Shown: one piece after another, positions 25,901-37,770 of the stretch
Layout of the letters: each line of letters starts with the position of its first letter
Numbering within the stretch: position 1 is the first letter of the stretch
NCBI GenBank assembly: GCA_010015585.1
Contig: ML975152.1
Reading direction: 5' to 3' (one strand)
From: Eremomyces bilateralis CBS 781.70
Lineage: Eukaryota
DNA: 64,000 nucleotides
The notes under the pieces: model-generated
What the model was told of the DNA's origin: nothing
Database searches by the model: none
What the model saw: only the letters and a program-made list of their open reading frames with translations
Position numbers and translations under genes: made by a program

Positions 25901-28436
25901 AGGTCGAATTGATGTCTCCGAAGTGTTTGACAACTGGGAAGACATCAAAGACCGGAAGTATCCTTTGAAAAGCTTCCATAAAGGCCAGATACTATCTGTC
26001 CAAATCATCGGCATTCACGATGCGAGAAGCCACAAGTTCTTGCCCATCTCTCATCGGGGGGGTAAAGTTCCAGTGTTCGAACTCACTGCAAAGCCGAAGA
26101 CCCTCCAAGGCGGTCAGATTCTATCCATGGACCAACTTTCGACTGGCAAAACGTACACAGCATTCGTCAACAACATCGATGCTAGATGCGTTTGGGTCAA
26201 CCTCTCGCCTTCAGTCCGAGGACGCGTCGATCTCATGGATCTCTCGGATGACCTATCACTACTCTCGGATGTGCAACACAATTTCCCGATCGGCTCCGCG
26301 GTGCGTGTTCGCGTCAAATCCATCGATGTCGAATCGAACAGACTTGATCTTTCGGCGACATCGACCGACTCCAGTGAACCCCTCACCCTCCGCGATCTCT
26401 CCCACAACATGGTCATCCCAGGTCGTGTTACGAAGGTTACCGAGCGCTACCTCATGATCCAACTTTCTAGCACCATCTCCGGCCAGGTGCCCTTGACGGA
26501 GCTTTCGGACGATTTCTCCCTCGCGAAGACCTCGGCGTATAACAACAATGATATCGTCCGAGCATGCGTGCTGAATGTCGACCTTCCCAATAAACAAGTC
26601 ATGCTCTCCCTACGACCATCTCACGTCCTTAGCTCGGGCCTTCCTGTGCGAGACCCGCCGATCGCGGACATTTCGCAAATCAAAATGAACGACGTTCGTC
26701 GGGGTTTTGTCAAGAACGTGTCGGCCCAAGGCGTCTTTGTCTCGCTCAGCCCCAAGGTCACGGCGTTCGTGAGAGTCTCGGAGCTCTCAGATGCTTATCT
26801 AAAGGACTGGAAGTCAAAGTTCGAAGTCGATCAATTGGTGGAAGGAAAGGTTATCCACGTCGACACCGACACGAACCAGTTGCAACTGAGCCTCAAAGAA
26901 TCTGTTCTGAACCCCGACTATGTCCGTCCTCTGGGTCTCGATGACATTAAACGGGGCCAAGTCGTGACCGGAAAGGTCAGGAAAGTGGAAGATTACGGTG
27001 TTTTCATCTTGGTGGACAATTCGAAGAACGTTAGTGGTCTCTGTCACCGCAGCGAGATCGCGGACGATCCCGTCAAAGACGTGAAGAGTCTCTACCAAGA
27101 AGGTGATATTGTGAAGGCAAAGGTTGTCAAGGTCGACTTGGAAAAGCGTAGGGTCAACTTCAGCCTCAAGGCTTCACATTTCGCCTCTGAGGATGAGGAT
27201 GTTCTATCCGAGGCAGAAGATGACATGGACGACGAAGAAACAGGTGGGGTCGAAATTGTCCAGGAAGGACATCCAGTGGCCGGCCAAGACCGGGAAGATG
27301 CTACCAGAACCGATTCGGTTGACGTTCACATGGGCAATACCGAGTCGAATGGTGCTAGTGAGCAAACCTCCACGGTTTTGGATCGCCTGAAGGTGGCTTC
27401 GTTCGATTGGACGGGGCTCTCTCTTGCGGAAAAGATCAATGGCACCAATGATGACAGCGATGGGGAGCTTTCGACCAAGAAGAAGAAGCGAAGGAAGCCG
27501 GAGATCAAAGTCGACATGACCGGAGACTTGGACAAGTACGGGCCACGTTCAGTCGCAGACTACGAACGACAGCTTTTGGGTCAGCCCAACTCCTCGAGCC
27601 TGTGGATTCAGTACATGGCGTTCCAACTCCAGTTGGGCGAGGTGGACAAGGCGAGGAACATTGCGGAACGAGCCCTGCGCACGATCAACATCCGAGAAGA
27701 CGACGAGAAGTTGAATGTCTGGGTCGCCATGCTGAACCTCGAAAATGCCTTTGGAAGCGACGAATCCATGCAGGAAACGTTCCAGCGAGCCTGCCAGTAT
27801 AACGACACGAAAGAGATGCACGAAAGACTAGCAAGTATCTACATTGAGTCCGGCAAGCACGATGTAAGTCGACCGATCTGTGAGTTTTCCGAGTGCGTTT
27901 GCTAACACTGGTTACAGAGAGCCGAAGATCTCTTTGCTTCCATGGTGAAGAACAAGTCCATCTCCCCCGACCCAACCTTCTGGATCAACTACGCCACGTT
28001 CGTCATGTCCACGCTGAACCAGCCCGATCGAGCCCGAGCGCTCCTTCAACGGGCCACCCAGTCGGTTCCGAGCGACTTGCACCGGCAACTTACCATGAAG
28101 TTCGCTGCTCTCGAGTTCCAGTCGCGCAATGGCAACGCGGAGCGAGGACGTACTGTGTTCGAGGGGCTGGTCGACACGTGGCCTAAGAAATGGGATATTT
28201 GGGATGTCTGGATGTCGTTGGAGAAGAGCAAGAAAGAGTCCGAGCATGTGCGAGCATTGTATGGGCGCATGAGCGAGAGGAAGATGAAGAAGAAGAGGGC
28301 AAAGTCTTTCTTTAAGCAATGGTTTGATTGGGAAGAATCGTTTGGAAGCGAACAAGGGCTTGAGGATGTCAAGAAGCGGGCTGCTGCATATGTTGAAAAA
28401 ATGCAGGAAGACAAGGACAAGATGGAGGAGGATTAG
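22951..28436 (+). CDS. RRP5: rRNA biogenesis protein Rrp5 (S1 repeats plus C-terminal HAT/TPR repeats)
   Basis: N-terminal [13 protein letters not shown], many S1 domains, then [33 protein letters not shown]...[13 protein letters not shown]. Introns near 23413-23462 and 27864-27918. Confidence 0.97.
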
Positions 28437-28676
28437 GCTGCGACAACCATGCATTCCGGTTGCTTTGGATGTGTCTTCCAATGAATCAGCCAGCACTGTC
28501 GTAATCTTCAAGTTTGATATATTCATTGGCGTATACCGCGTAAATTACATCACAATTGCTCCCACCTGCTTGACCTAAAACGCCGCCTGGGAATTTACCC
28601 CGTATAATTTTCCGTATTGACGCCGTGATTCAAGAAACCGACAAAGCAGGCTCAGCAATCCTCCTCAGTCCTCGCT

Positions 28677-29537
28677 CTACGCGTCCATGTCGGTGTCCTC
28701 ATCTCCCTTCTCCGCACTGTCATCCAATACCGTCGTTGTCTGTGCCTCTGCACTCCAATACCTGGTTCGTGTTAGAGCTGGCAATAAAGTTGAGCGATCA
28801 GAAACTTACGCCTTCACTCTCACCTGGAACTCCGCCACTTCGACACCGAAGAATTTCAATATCGCGCTTTGGTGCCCTGTGAGAACCTCACCCTTTTTGC
28901 ACACTGTGTAGTCCTCATCGAGGAGGACATCTCCCTTCTCTAACCGTGTGGGTAGTCCCTGCGCCCGCAAATGCACCTCTTGCATAGCCGTGACCTTTAC
29001 ATCATCCTTCGCCGGGATCTCTCCCCCTCGTGTATACACGATGCCCGCAGGGACGACGTATTTCCGGGACGCGACGGTGCCCGCACGACCGTATGCCCCG
29101 CTGGTCATGGACTTCAGGTCTTCGAGGAGGTCGTCGGGCTTCCGGGACGAGAAGATCAGACCGGTCGGTCCATCTAGATGCTCGGACAGGGTGTGCAATC
29201 CGGGCTGCGGCTCGGTCGCTGGCGTCGTGCCCATCGCTCTCGCCATGATTCGGTTCCGTCCAAAGAATATCCTAGGAGCGAGCAATTAGCTTGATTCTTC
29301 GGGTCGGAGGTCCCTGGGCAATGCCGAGGAGACAGCGGCGTACCTGCTATCCGCTGCTAAGCTCGTCCGCACGCCTTTGAGATGGTTGTTCCGCATGTTG
29401 TCCACAAACACCACATATCCGTACGGGTACTTCTCGGCGGCCTCTTCCACATTGGTCTGGAGGAGTTGGAGATCCTCCTTCGTCTTCTTTTCCACCTTGG
29501 ACAGGTGGACAACCCTTGCTCTCTTTGACTTCGGCAT
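28677..29537 (-). CDS. MRT4: Pre-60S factor Mrt4 (uL10/P0 paralog)
   Basis: MPKSKRARVVHLSKVEKK...VDNMRNNHLK...RIFFGRNRIMARAMG...YTVCKKGEVLT. Two introns; the last exon ends DEDTDMDA*. Confidence 0.95.
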
Positions 29538-30041
29538 TTTGCGATCAATGCGACAGCGGAACAAGAGAAATTATGTGGAGGGAACGGGGTGAAATTGGCA
29601 GGTATCGGTGGTGGGCGTGGAAACTTGAAATGCGTACAGCGGGCATGATTCGAAATTTCATATCGCGGAACGGAAATTTTACGCGCGACCAGGGTCTGCG
29701 GTATAGGTGTCTGTCGTCCACCGTATCAACCCAACCCTCCAATCACAAATTGATCTCCGTTTGACTGGCAAGAAATCGCGAGGCATAGTCACGTGGTCTA
29801 TGTGACTTCAATTGGAGCCTCAAAGCCTCAGGCACTCATAATTATCACCAACGTCTCGCGCAAGCTTCACGACATTGACGACTGTTTGAGATATCCTGTT
29901 CGCAATTCAGAATACACCACATCAATCCTGCATATTACAGAGTATTTAGTCAAAAATTGATATGGCATCTCAGGGTCAAGGTTTATTCTAGGCCGCACCA
30001 CACCATCATGTGCAGAATAGCCTCGCGACCAGCATCTAAGA

Positions 30042-31317
30042 ATGCTGGGCTTCATGGACTACATTCAACATGCCTTCCATCTGGCCTCACAATGGAACAG
30101 TGACAACTCATACAGTTCGCTGACGGCCTCAGCACGAGGTTTGGTTTCTCGGGACGTCTATTCAAAAGTACACGTGCTGACGGATCCTGGGAAGACATCT
30201 TAGATTTTGACATCCCGCGAGGGTTGCGGTTCAGCGTCTCGTCTCTTTCGTCCCCCAACTTCGCGAACTCCTACACCTTCGGCACGAGCGGCGTCGTCGA
30301 TGGCTCACTTTCGTACCTCTACTCGTCCTTGCCCTTGCAGGTCGCGTCGAGAAGCAAACACATCGATCTCACGGAGCTGATCCGTGGCTATCGTCATGTG
30401 TTAGAGCTGCGCCGTCCCGATAACCCTTGGTGGTGGGAGACCTGGCATCGAGGAAAACGGGTCGACCGACTAGGTGCGTATTTCGCTATGGACAACACTT
30501 ATACGCGCTTCTGATGGTGAAGGAAGCGACCCTATTGTATGGCCGACTCTACGTTCCCGCGTCGAGACTCGAAGCGCTATATCTCCGCCGGATTTCACCG
30601 ACGCGTCAAGTGCATCTTTCCTGCGTCAGCGACGAGCGACTGCAGAACGGAGGAACCATATTGGCCCTCCTGCAAGACGATCGGGCCAAGTCCTCGACCG
30701 AATACCTCTTCAGCACCGATAGCGCCCTGCTCGGGGTCCGGGGCCTGTACAATTTCGGCCCCGATCCACGATCCTCGACATTCCCTCCCAATCTTCTCAG
30801 TCGATTCTCGGTAGGCGGAGAGCTCTATTATGGACTTCTGAACGCTTCCGGAGGCTGCTCCACTGGGCTCCGCTTCACCACTCTGCCCGCACATGCGGGG
30901 TTTCCTTACACCATGACGCTGACTTTGAACCCTCTCATGGGGAACCTCAGCTCTACCTATTCAGTTAAAGCCGGGAGAAATCTGTCCATGTGCAGTCGGT
31001 TTGATTTCAATTTCTACAGCTACGAGAGCGATTTTGTGGTTGGCTGGGAGGTCTGGAGAAGGCGTGCGCGCCCGATGGAGTCAGCATCTGACCGGTTGGC
31101 AGAAGACGTCCTCAGCAAACCAGTCCCAACCCTGCGGGATAAGGAGGACGATGTGGAGGGGGTCCTCAAAGCTCGCATTGACCAGAACTGGAGGATTGGT
31201 CTCCTCTGGGAGGGGCGGATCAAGGAACTCCTAGTGACACTAGGTGCGAGCATCGACCTACGGAATCGCGACCAAATTGCGAGGTCCGTTGGCCTGGAAA
31301 TCCAATATTCTTCTTAA
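30042..31317 (+). CDS. MDM10: ERMES/SAM beta-barrel subunit Mdm10
   Basis: [28 protein letters not shown]..., [48 protein letters not shown] and C-terminal GLEIQYSS. Two introns. Confidence 0.96.
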
Positions 31318-31430
31318 TGAAGATGAAGAGAACCCGAACCGAGAAGGGGCGGCTTTTCTACAGCCCTGGGAGAACAGCTAACAGATCCTTCCGCTGAATC
31401 ATCATAGTGTGCGCTCCTTTTCAAAGGGGC

Positions 31431-32000
31431 TAACCTCCCCCCCTGCGTGATGGAACGCCCGCTGTGCTGGAACGAATTCGAGGTACTTTGCCTTCAACCC
31501 CACTCAGAGGCTCTATGGATATTGTACTTCTTATAAATCCTTATAAAATCTGTTTCCCGGCCCATCTTAAACATATGAGACGGCGTAAACCATAAAAATT
31601 ACGATTGCGTGGTCACCGGTCGGCCAATTTCGGGGCAGCACTCGGAATGCATCTTCGACGCTGAGATACTATGCCTATGCTACAACGCCACCATCATCGT
31701 AGTTTCTTTTCAAAAAGCCATAAACGAATGATCCTAAATCATATAATCCCGTTGTAATGCTAGAAGTCCTTTATCCAGAGCATGCGTTGTGTTGGAAGCG
31801 ATCTTAGATATTTCGACCATGCAGGTCGGTACTAGCAGGCGATCGCACTTCCTCTTTCGGCGACCCATACAGTCATGGGGCTATTATATAATAACTAGTA
31901 CATTGTAAATTACAATGACCTAACATGTCTCCCTAATGATGGCCTTGGCAGACTAACGCTCTTGGGTGTCACTAAGTGTCCCTGTGTGAAGGAAACCAGC
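31431..32000 (+). repeat. Left arm of a long inverted repeat flanking the NLR gene
   Basis: Reverse-complement similarity to ~35490-36105 along its length, e.g. TAACCTCCCCCCCTGCGTGATGGAAC vs GTTCCATCACGCAGGGGGGGAAGGTTA, and AGAAGTCCTTTATCCAGAGCATGCGTTGTGTT vs AACACAACGCATGCTCTGGATAAAGGACTTCT. Confidence 0.92.
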
Positions 32001-32407
32001 GTGAACTGTGAAGGCAAGCACCAGACCCAAAACTTGAGAGTCAGCGTAATGTATGAATTTGAACGACCAGCCACATGTCCGAGTTTCTCGATGACTCTCC
32101 GTCTGAGACGATCTTAAACAGATGTTAGCCGTGTGCATCCTCGACTTATCGACATAATGTGCCAACTATGGTTGACGAAGACATGCACCAGAGAGGATGG
32201 AAGAGAGGCGTTGCAGACCGTCAGGCTCGATAAGCCACAACTCGGTGTCGCTCAGCCTTGTATAATCGAAACCTCCGCAGCCTTGTGCCTGATCACATTG
32301 TTCATCGTCGTCTGTCTTGATGTGCCAGCTACTATGTGGTTCGAATTTCCCAGACCAGGCGTCACGATTTCTCGATAACGGCGATCTGTCGATTCCTGCG
32401 ACCAACG

Positions 32408-35360
32408 ATGCGCCTCTTAAAGCTCGACGGCAACGGCGAGTTCAGCCTGGAAACATTCCAAACCACGATCCCTCCTTATGCCATACTTTCTCATACGTGG
32501 GGAAGCGACAGCGATGAAGTCACATTCAAGGACGTCACGGATAGTGCCGGAAAGCAGAAGGTTGGATACCAGAAGCTGGTATTCTGCGGAGGTCAAGCGA
32601 AAGCTGACGGTCTATCCTATTTCTGGGTGGACACCTGCTGTATTGACAAATCGAATAGTACCGAGCTGGCAGAGACGATCAACTCTATGTTTCTCTGGTA
32701 CCAGAATGCCGCACGATGTTACGTCTATCTATCCGATGTTTCGGTACGCACGCCGGACGGTCTAGTGTCTCATATCGAATGGGAATCATCCTTTCGTAAT
32801 AGTCGATGGTTCACACGAGGATGGACGCTCCAAGAGCTTGTCGCGCCGAAAACCGTCGAATTCTATTCCCGAGACCACGTCCGACTAGGTGATAAGAAGT
32901 CACTCGAACGAAGCATCTACGATAGAACTGAAGTCGCTATCGAGGCACTCCAAGGCCGTTCGCTTTGTGATTTTAGCATCGAGGAGAGGTTTCAATGGGT
33001 TAAGAAGCGACAAACGACTAAAGAGGAGGATATGGCATACTGCCTTCTTGGGATTTTTCAAGTCTTCTTACCGCCTATTTATGGCGAAGGGCGAGAGCAT
33101 GCAATAAGAAGGCTGCGACGAGAGATCGAGGACTCCGAGCACAACAGCTCGCGTCCATGTAGGACCTTTGATTTCGAATGTGCGTATCTCTTTGCTAATG
33201 TGCTCCATTTTATAGCGCGAAAGTTGGCACGTACTATCTCTTTCGACCGCAATCCTCGCTTCACCGGTCGCGAATCCGAGCTTTCTCGAATTGAGAAGCT
33301 ACTCTTCCGACATGGCCAAACCACGAAGGTCGCAATCACTGGACTTGGGGGGGTGGGGAAGACGCAGTTAGCGATTGAGATAGCCTATCGGATCACGGAG
33401 AAACAGAGGGACCGCTCAGTATTTTGGATTCCTGCGACCGATCCTGAAACCCTTCTTCAGGCGTACTCGGCAGTAGCCGAAGAGTTAGATATACCCGGAA
33501 GAGATGAGCAAGGAGTAGATGTGAGGCGACTGGTTCAGAAATACCTCAGTAGCGAAGGCGCGGGCCAATGGCTCATGGTGTTTGACAACGCCGACGACAT
33601 GGATATGTGGATGGGAAAATCAACCGCTAGGCAATCTATCCGTCTCCTCGACTGCCTTCCAAGGAGCAATAAGGGAAGTATCCTCTTTACGACGCGAGAT
33701 AGGAAGCTCGCTACTAAGCTAGCGCCTCAGAACTTGGTAGAAGTGCAGGAGATGAACCTAGAGGCGGCTTCGGAGCTCCTGCAGAAATGCCTGAACGGAC
33801 TCGATATAGCGCCCTACCAAACCGCAACCGAAAACTTGCTTACGCAGCTGACTTACCTTCCGCTCGCCATCGTTCAGGCGGCAGCGTATATTAATGCGAA
33901 CGGCATCTCGATCGCGGACTATCTTTCCTTACTCGATGAGCAGGACGAGTCTATAATTGAACTTCTAAGCGAAGACTTTGAGGATAACGGCAGATACGAT
34001 AATATCAAGAACCCAGTGGCCATAACATGGCTAATATCGTTCGAGCGAATTCGGCAGCACGACTCCCTGGCGGCAGACTACTTATCGCTAACAGCATGTG
34101 TTGAACCAAAAGAGATCCCACAGTGTCTTTTTCCACCTGGTCCATCTCGCAAGAAGGAGACAGACGCTATCGGGACGCTTCATGCGTATTCATTTCTTAG
34201 CAAACATCCGGCCAGACTTACGGTCGATCTTCATCGTTTAGTACATGTAGCTGCTCGTAATTGGCTCCAAGAGAACGATCAACTGGCCCAGTGGACCGAA
34301 AAGGCAATTGTGCGACTAGAGGAGATTTTTCCGGATAATACCTACACGAACCGTAGCATATGGAGGGCGTACCTGCCGCACGTGCGCGTTGTGCTGCAGT
34401 CTGACTTCGTCCGGAAGGATTCGAAGAGGAGGATAGATCTCCAATGGAGATATGGAACGTGTCTTGACGCCGACGGACGATGGAGTGAGGCAGAGATTGC
34501 GTATTCCCAGGTGCTCGAAATAGAAACGGGGTTGCTCGGCACAGAGCATCCAGACACGCTGACCAGCATGGCCAACCTGGCGTCGACGTACCGGAATCAA
34601 GGCCGATGGAAGGAGGCCGAAGAGCTGGANNNNNNNNNNNNNNNNNNNNNNNNNNNNNNNNNNNNNNNNNNNNNNNNNNNNNNNNNNNNNNNNNNNNNNN
34701 NNNNNNNNNNNNNNNNNNNNNNNNNNNNNNNNNNNNNNNNNNNNNNNNNNNNNNNNNNNNNNNNNNNNNNNNNNNNNNNNNNNNNNNNNNNNNNNNNNNN
34801 NNNNNNNNNNNNNNNNNNNNNNNNNNNNNNNNNNNNNNNNNNNNNNNNNNNNNNNNNNNNNNNNNNNNNNNNNNNNNNNNNNNNNNNNNNNNNNNNNNNN
34901 NNNNNNNNNNNNNNNNNNNNNNNNNNNNNNNNNNNNNNNNNNNNNNNNNNNNNNNNNNNNNNNNNNNNNNNNNNNNNNNNNNNNNNNNNNNNNNNNNNNN
35001 NNNNNNNNNNNNNNNNNNNNNNNNNNNNNNNNNNNNNNNACGCTGACCAGCATGGCCAACCTGGCGTCGACGTGGAAAGCGCAGGGTCGAGATACAGAGG
35101 CTGTAGGTCTAATGACGGAGTGTGCATGGCTTCGAGAACGGGTGCTAGGGGTTAGCCATACGCTGACCAGCATGGCCAACCTGGCGTCGACGTGGAAAGC
35201 GCAGGGTCGAGATACAGAGGCTGTAGGTCTAATGACGGAGTGTGCATGGCTTCGAGAACGGGTGCTAGGGGTTAGCCATCCGTATTTCATTTCTTCCTCG
35301 AATATGTTGGCGGACTGGGAGGCAGAACAACGAGGTGCTCGCACTGACACAAGCCACTAG
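32408..35360 (+). CDS. Fungal NLR-like protein: HET (PF06985-type) - NB-ARC - TPR repeats
   Basis: HET motifs YAILSHTWG, YFWVDTCCIDK, INSMFLWYQNAARCYVYLSDV and SRWFTRGWTLQEL. NB-ARC motifs FTGRE, GLGGVGKT, WLMVFDNADD, ILFTTRD, YLPLAI and LHRLVH. TPR unit HPDTLTSMANLASTY. In-frame 57-nt intron 33159-33215. Assembly gap within the TPR region. Confidence 0.93.
34630..35039. other. Assembly gap (N-run) inside the TPR-repeat coding region
   Basis: Run of N flanked by near-identical TPR-coding units. Confidence 0.99.
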
Positions 35361-35489
35361 GATTGTTGTGGCTGGAGGGCACAATTTTAAAAGACAGAAT
35401 ACCTCTCAAATGTATGGTGAGATGATCGCCAAGCCCTTCTGAGACTGTTAGAAAGTCGAAAGTCTTAAAAATTTGGCCAGCGAATCTCA

Positions 35490-36105
35490 GTAGCTGTGTT
35501 TCTCCACACAGGGACATTGTTGATGTTCCTGGGTTGGCACCCTCAGCCCATTCTCAGGGACACCTTGCGACACCCAAAAGGGTTAGTCTGGCAAGGCCAG
35601 GATTAGAGAGTCCGGCGAGATCATTGTTATTTACGATGTATTCTTAATTATGTAATAGCCCTGTGACCGTATAGGTCGCCGAAAGAGGAAGTGTGATCGG
35701 CTGCAAGTACCGACCTATAGTGGAAATGTTTGAAATCGCTTCGAACACAACGCATGCTCTGGATAAAGGACTTCTAACATTAGAACGGGATTTTATGGCT
35801 TAAAGTGATTTATCTTATGACCTTTTGAATAGGAAATATGATGGTGGCGCTGTAGCATGGAAATACTGTCGCGGCGTCGACGATGTATTCCGAGTGCTGC
35901 GCTGAAATATGCTGATCGGCGACCATGCAATTGTAATTTTTACGTTTGACAAAGTCCTAGATGTTTAAGAATGGCTAGAAAATCTATTCTATATGAAATC
36001 ATAAGAATTACAACATGAACAGAGCCTCTGAGCGGGTTTGAAGTCAAAGTACCTCGATTTTGTTCCAGCACGGCGGTTGTTCCATCACGCAGGGGGGGAA
36101 GGTTA
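35490..36105 (-). repeat. Right arm of the long inverted repeat flanking the NLR gene
   Basis: Reverse complement of 31431-32000 with substitutions and indels. Begins ~130 bp after the NLR stop codon. Confidence 0.92.
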
Positions 36106-37453
36106 CAGCTTCCTTCACCATTCGAAAAACCAGGAACTGAATTCAGCGTCGCTCATCTCCACGATTGTTCCTGCAGGAGCTCATATGAATTTCTGATCGT
36201 TTAAGACGCACATGTCACATTTGCACAGACAGACAGACAATGTTCCATTCCCCATGCCGCGATCTTAAATTAGAATAATAGAAGACATGAAGGCATGGGA
36301 TGGCCAATCAAGTCGTTTCAATATATTGCGTTTCCCGATCCCGTTCGCTCAACCTGGCACAGATCCAAGTGCAAGTCAATATAGACAAGGCCTACGTCGA
36401 CATTGACAGAAATTACAGCCCTAATAGTTGACATTTAATGATCGACGTCACCGAACCGATGCTTGACTTTCCCGAGGATAGGGCAACGCATGCAGGAAGT
36501 GCCTCATCAATACAGCCGTGCGTCCGCGAATCAATTTTCCCCCTCCAGGAATTTTTGGTCTCACTTTCTGGTCGTTGCTTTGCATTGAATAGGCTGTAGA
36601 TCCATTGGACCAGGCTTTTCCGTTCAACCGTCGTACAGCAGTGAGATTATTGCTGCTGGCAAATGTGAAATGGTGCCACAACAGGACTGGGATATATACG
36701 GTTGAACCCTTAACTCCAACCGGTTTTCTGTCAAGTGTCAACAACACTCGCTCGTGGTTCCCTGCGAATCACCGCGGCTTTCATTCATCCTCAGAGCCTC
36801 AAGACCGGAGGCGTGTCCCCATTTGCATTCCAGGGTTCAGCCATGGCTTCTCATGACACCAGGCATTCTCCGTCTTTCGGTGTCCATACGTGCCCAGGTT
36901 TCATACAGCAAGGGCCAACGCACTGAAAACCGGTGCATGAAGGAATTTGATACCGGAGGGCAAAGGTGCCAAGTACTCGAAGAGACCGGCAAGGACAATA
37001 TATGGGCTTGGGATTCAATGACACGTATCTAAGCTTGGCCATCTGACTTAGCAGGTCCTCACATTCGATGTTCAGCTCAGTGAGCTCACAATCTCAGAGA
37101 CCCTCCATGGCAGGTCAGACTCAAGAATTTATCCCGTCGGAAAGGTAGTGTAGGTATGCCAGCTACAGTTTAGATTCAGTAATACGGTAATCAGGAGGCG
37201 TATTCAATTGTCAGGCTGCTGAACCAGAGCTACTGTCCTCGTCTATCACGAAAGCAAGGCGGCGATTAGTCACATCCCTAGCTAACCAGCTATCCCCGCG
37301 TAGGGGTCATTGCAGCGGCTTGGAAGTTGGAGCCCATTTATGATGGAGCGTTGGGCGATTCGCCTTATCCTGGAATGTGTTGTCGTTGGGCCAGGCCGAA
37401 AGCAAGGCAGCAAGAATCCAATAGCATTCAACCAAAACTAGGTCCCCTACATG

Positions 37454-37770
37454 TAGGGTGGTTGAATTTCAGTAATTTATATATATTTCTTCGGATGACT
37501 GATAGAATTTAAATTACGCATATAAATTGCTTCTTTCCGAAATTTACGCTAGTCCTATTTTGGCTTGGTTAGATTAAATATGGGTGCCTTGCAGCCTTAG
37601 GCATCAAAACCGAACTCCGTGAAATTCCTCAAAATCTCACCATCTTAACTCTATCTCCGCCATCCAAATTAGTAAACGAAAGCTTGGCATGAAAGATTTC
37701 CGGAGGTCTGGAAATCTTTCATGAAAATTACAAGAGCAATAGATTTCATTGAAATCTTTCACCCACCCTA
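37454..37770 (-). mobile_element. hAT-type MITE, copy 2 (317 bp, inverted relative to copy 1)
   Basis: Termini TAGGGTGGTTGAA...TTCACCCACCCTA. TSD CCTACATG (37446-37453) vs CGTACATG (37771-37778), 7/8 match. Confidence 0.93.

Larger units (their letters stand above)
31431..36105. mobile_element. Putative non-autonomous long-TIR DNA element carrying an NLR gene
   Basis: Two ~0.6-kb inverted arms bracket a single gene. The outer ends read TA|ACC...GGT|TA (possible TA TSD). No transposase present. Confidence 0.55.

Noticed and set aside
32336..32407. Upstream start of the 939-aa NLR ORF in the track
   Set aside because: HET-domain proteins of this type begin MRLL; ATG 32408 fits, whereas the track start is a GTG.
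35040..35279. Direct repeats that could be read as a CRISPR-like array
   Set aside because: Eukaryotic locus; the units are in-frame TPR coding repeats with no unique spacers.
34316..35350. Long ORFs spanning the N-run
   Set aside because: Artefacts of translating through the assembly gap.
31420..36115. Assigning the NLR element to Mutator, hAT, PIF/Harbinger or Starship
   Set aside because: No 8-9 bp or TWA direct duplication at the visible ends, and no transposase or tyrosine recombinase; the superfamily cannot be called from this window.
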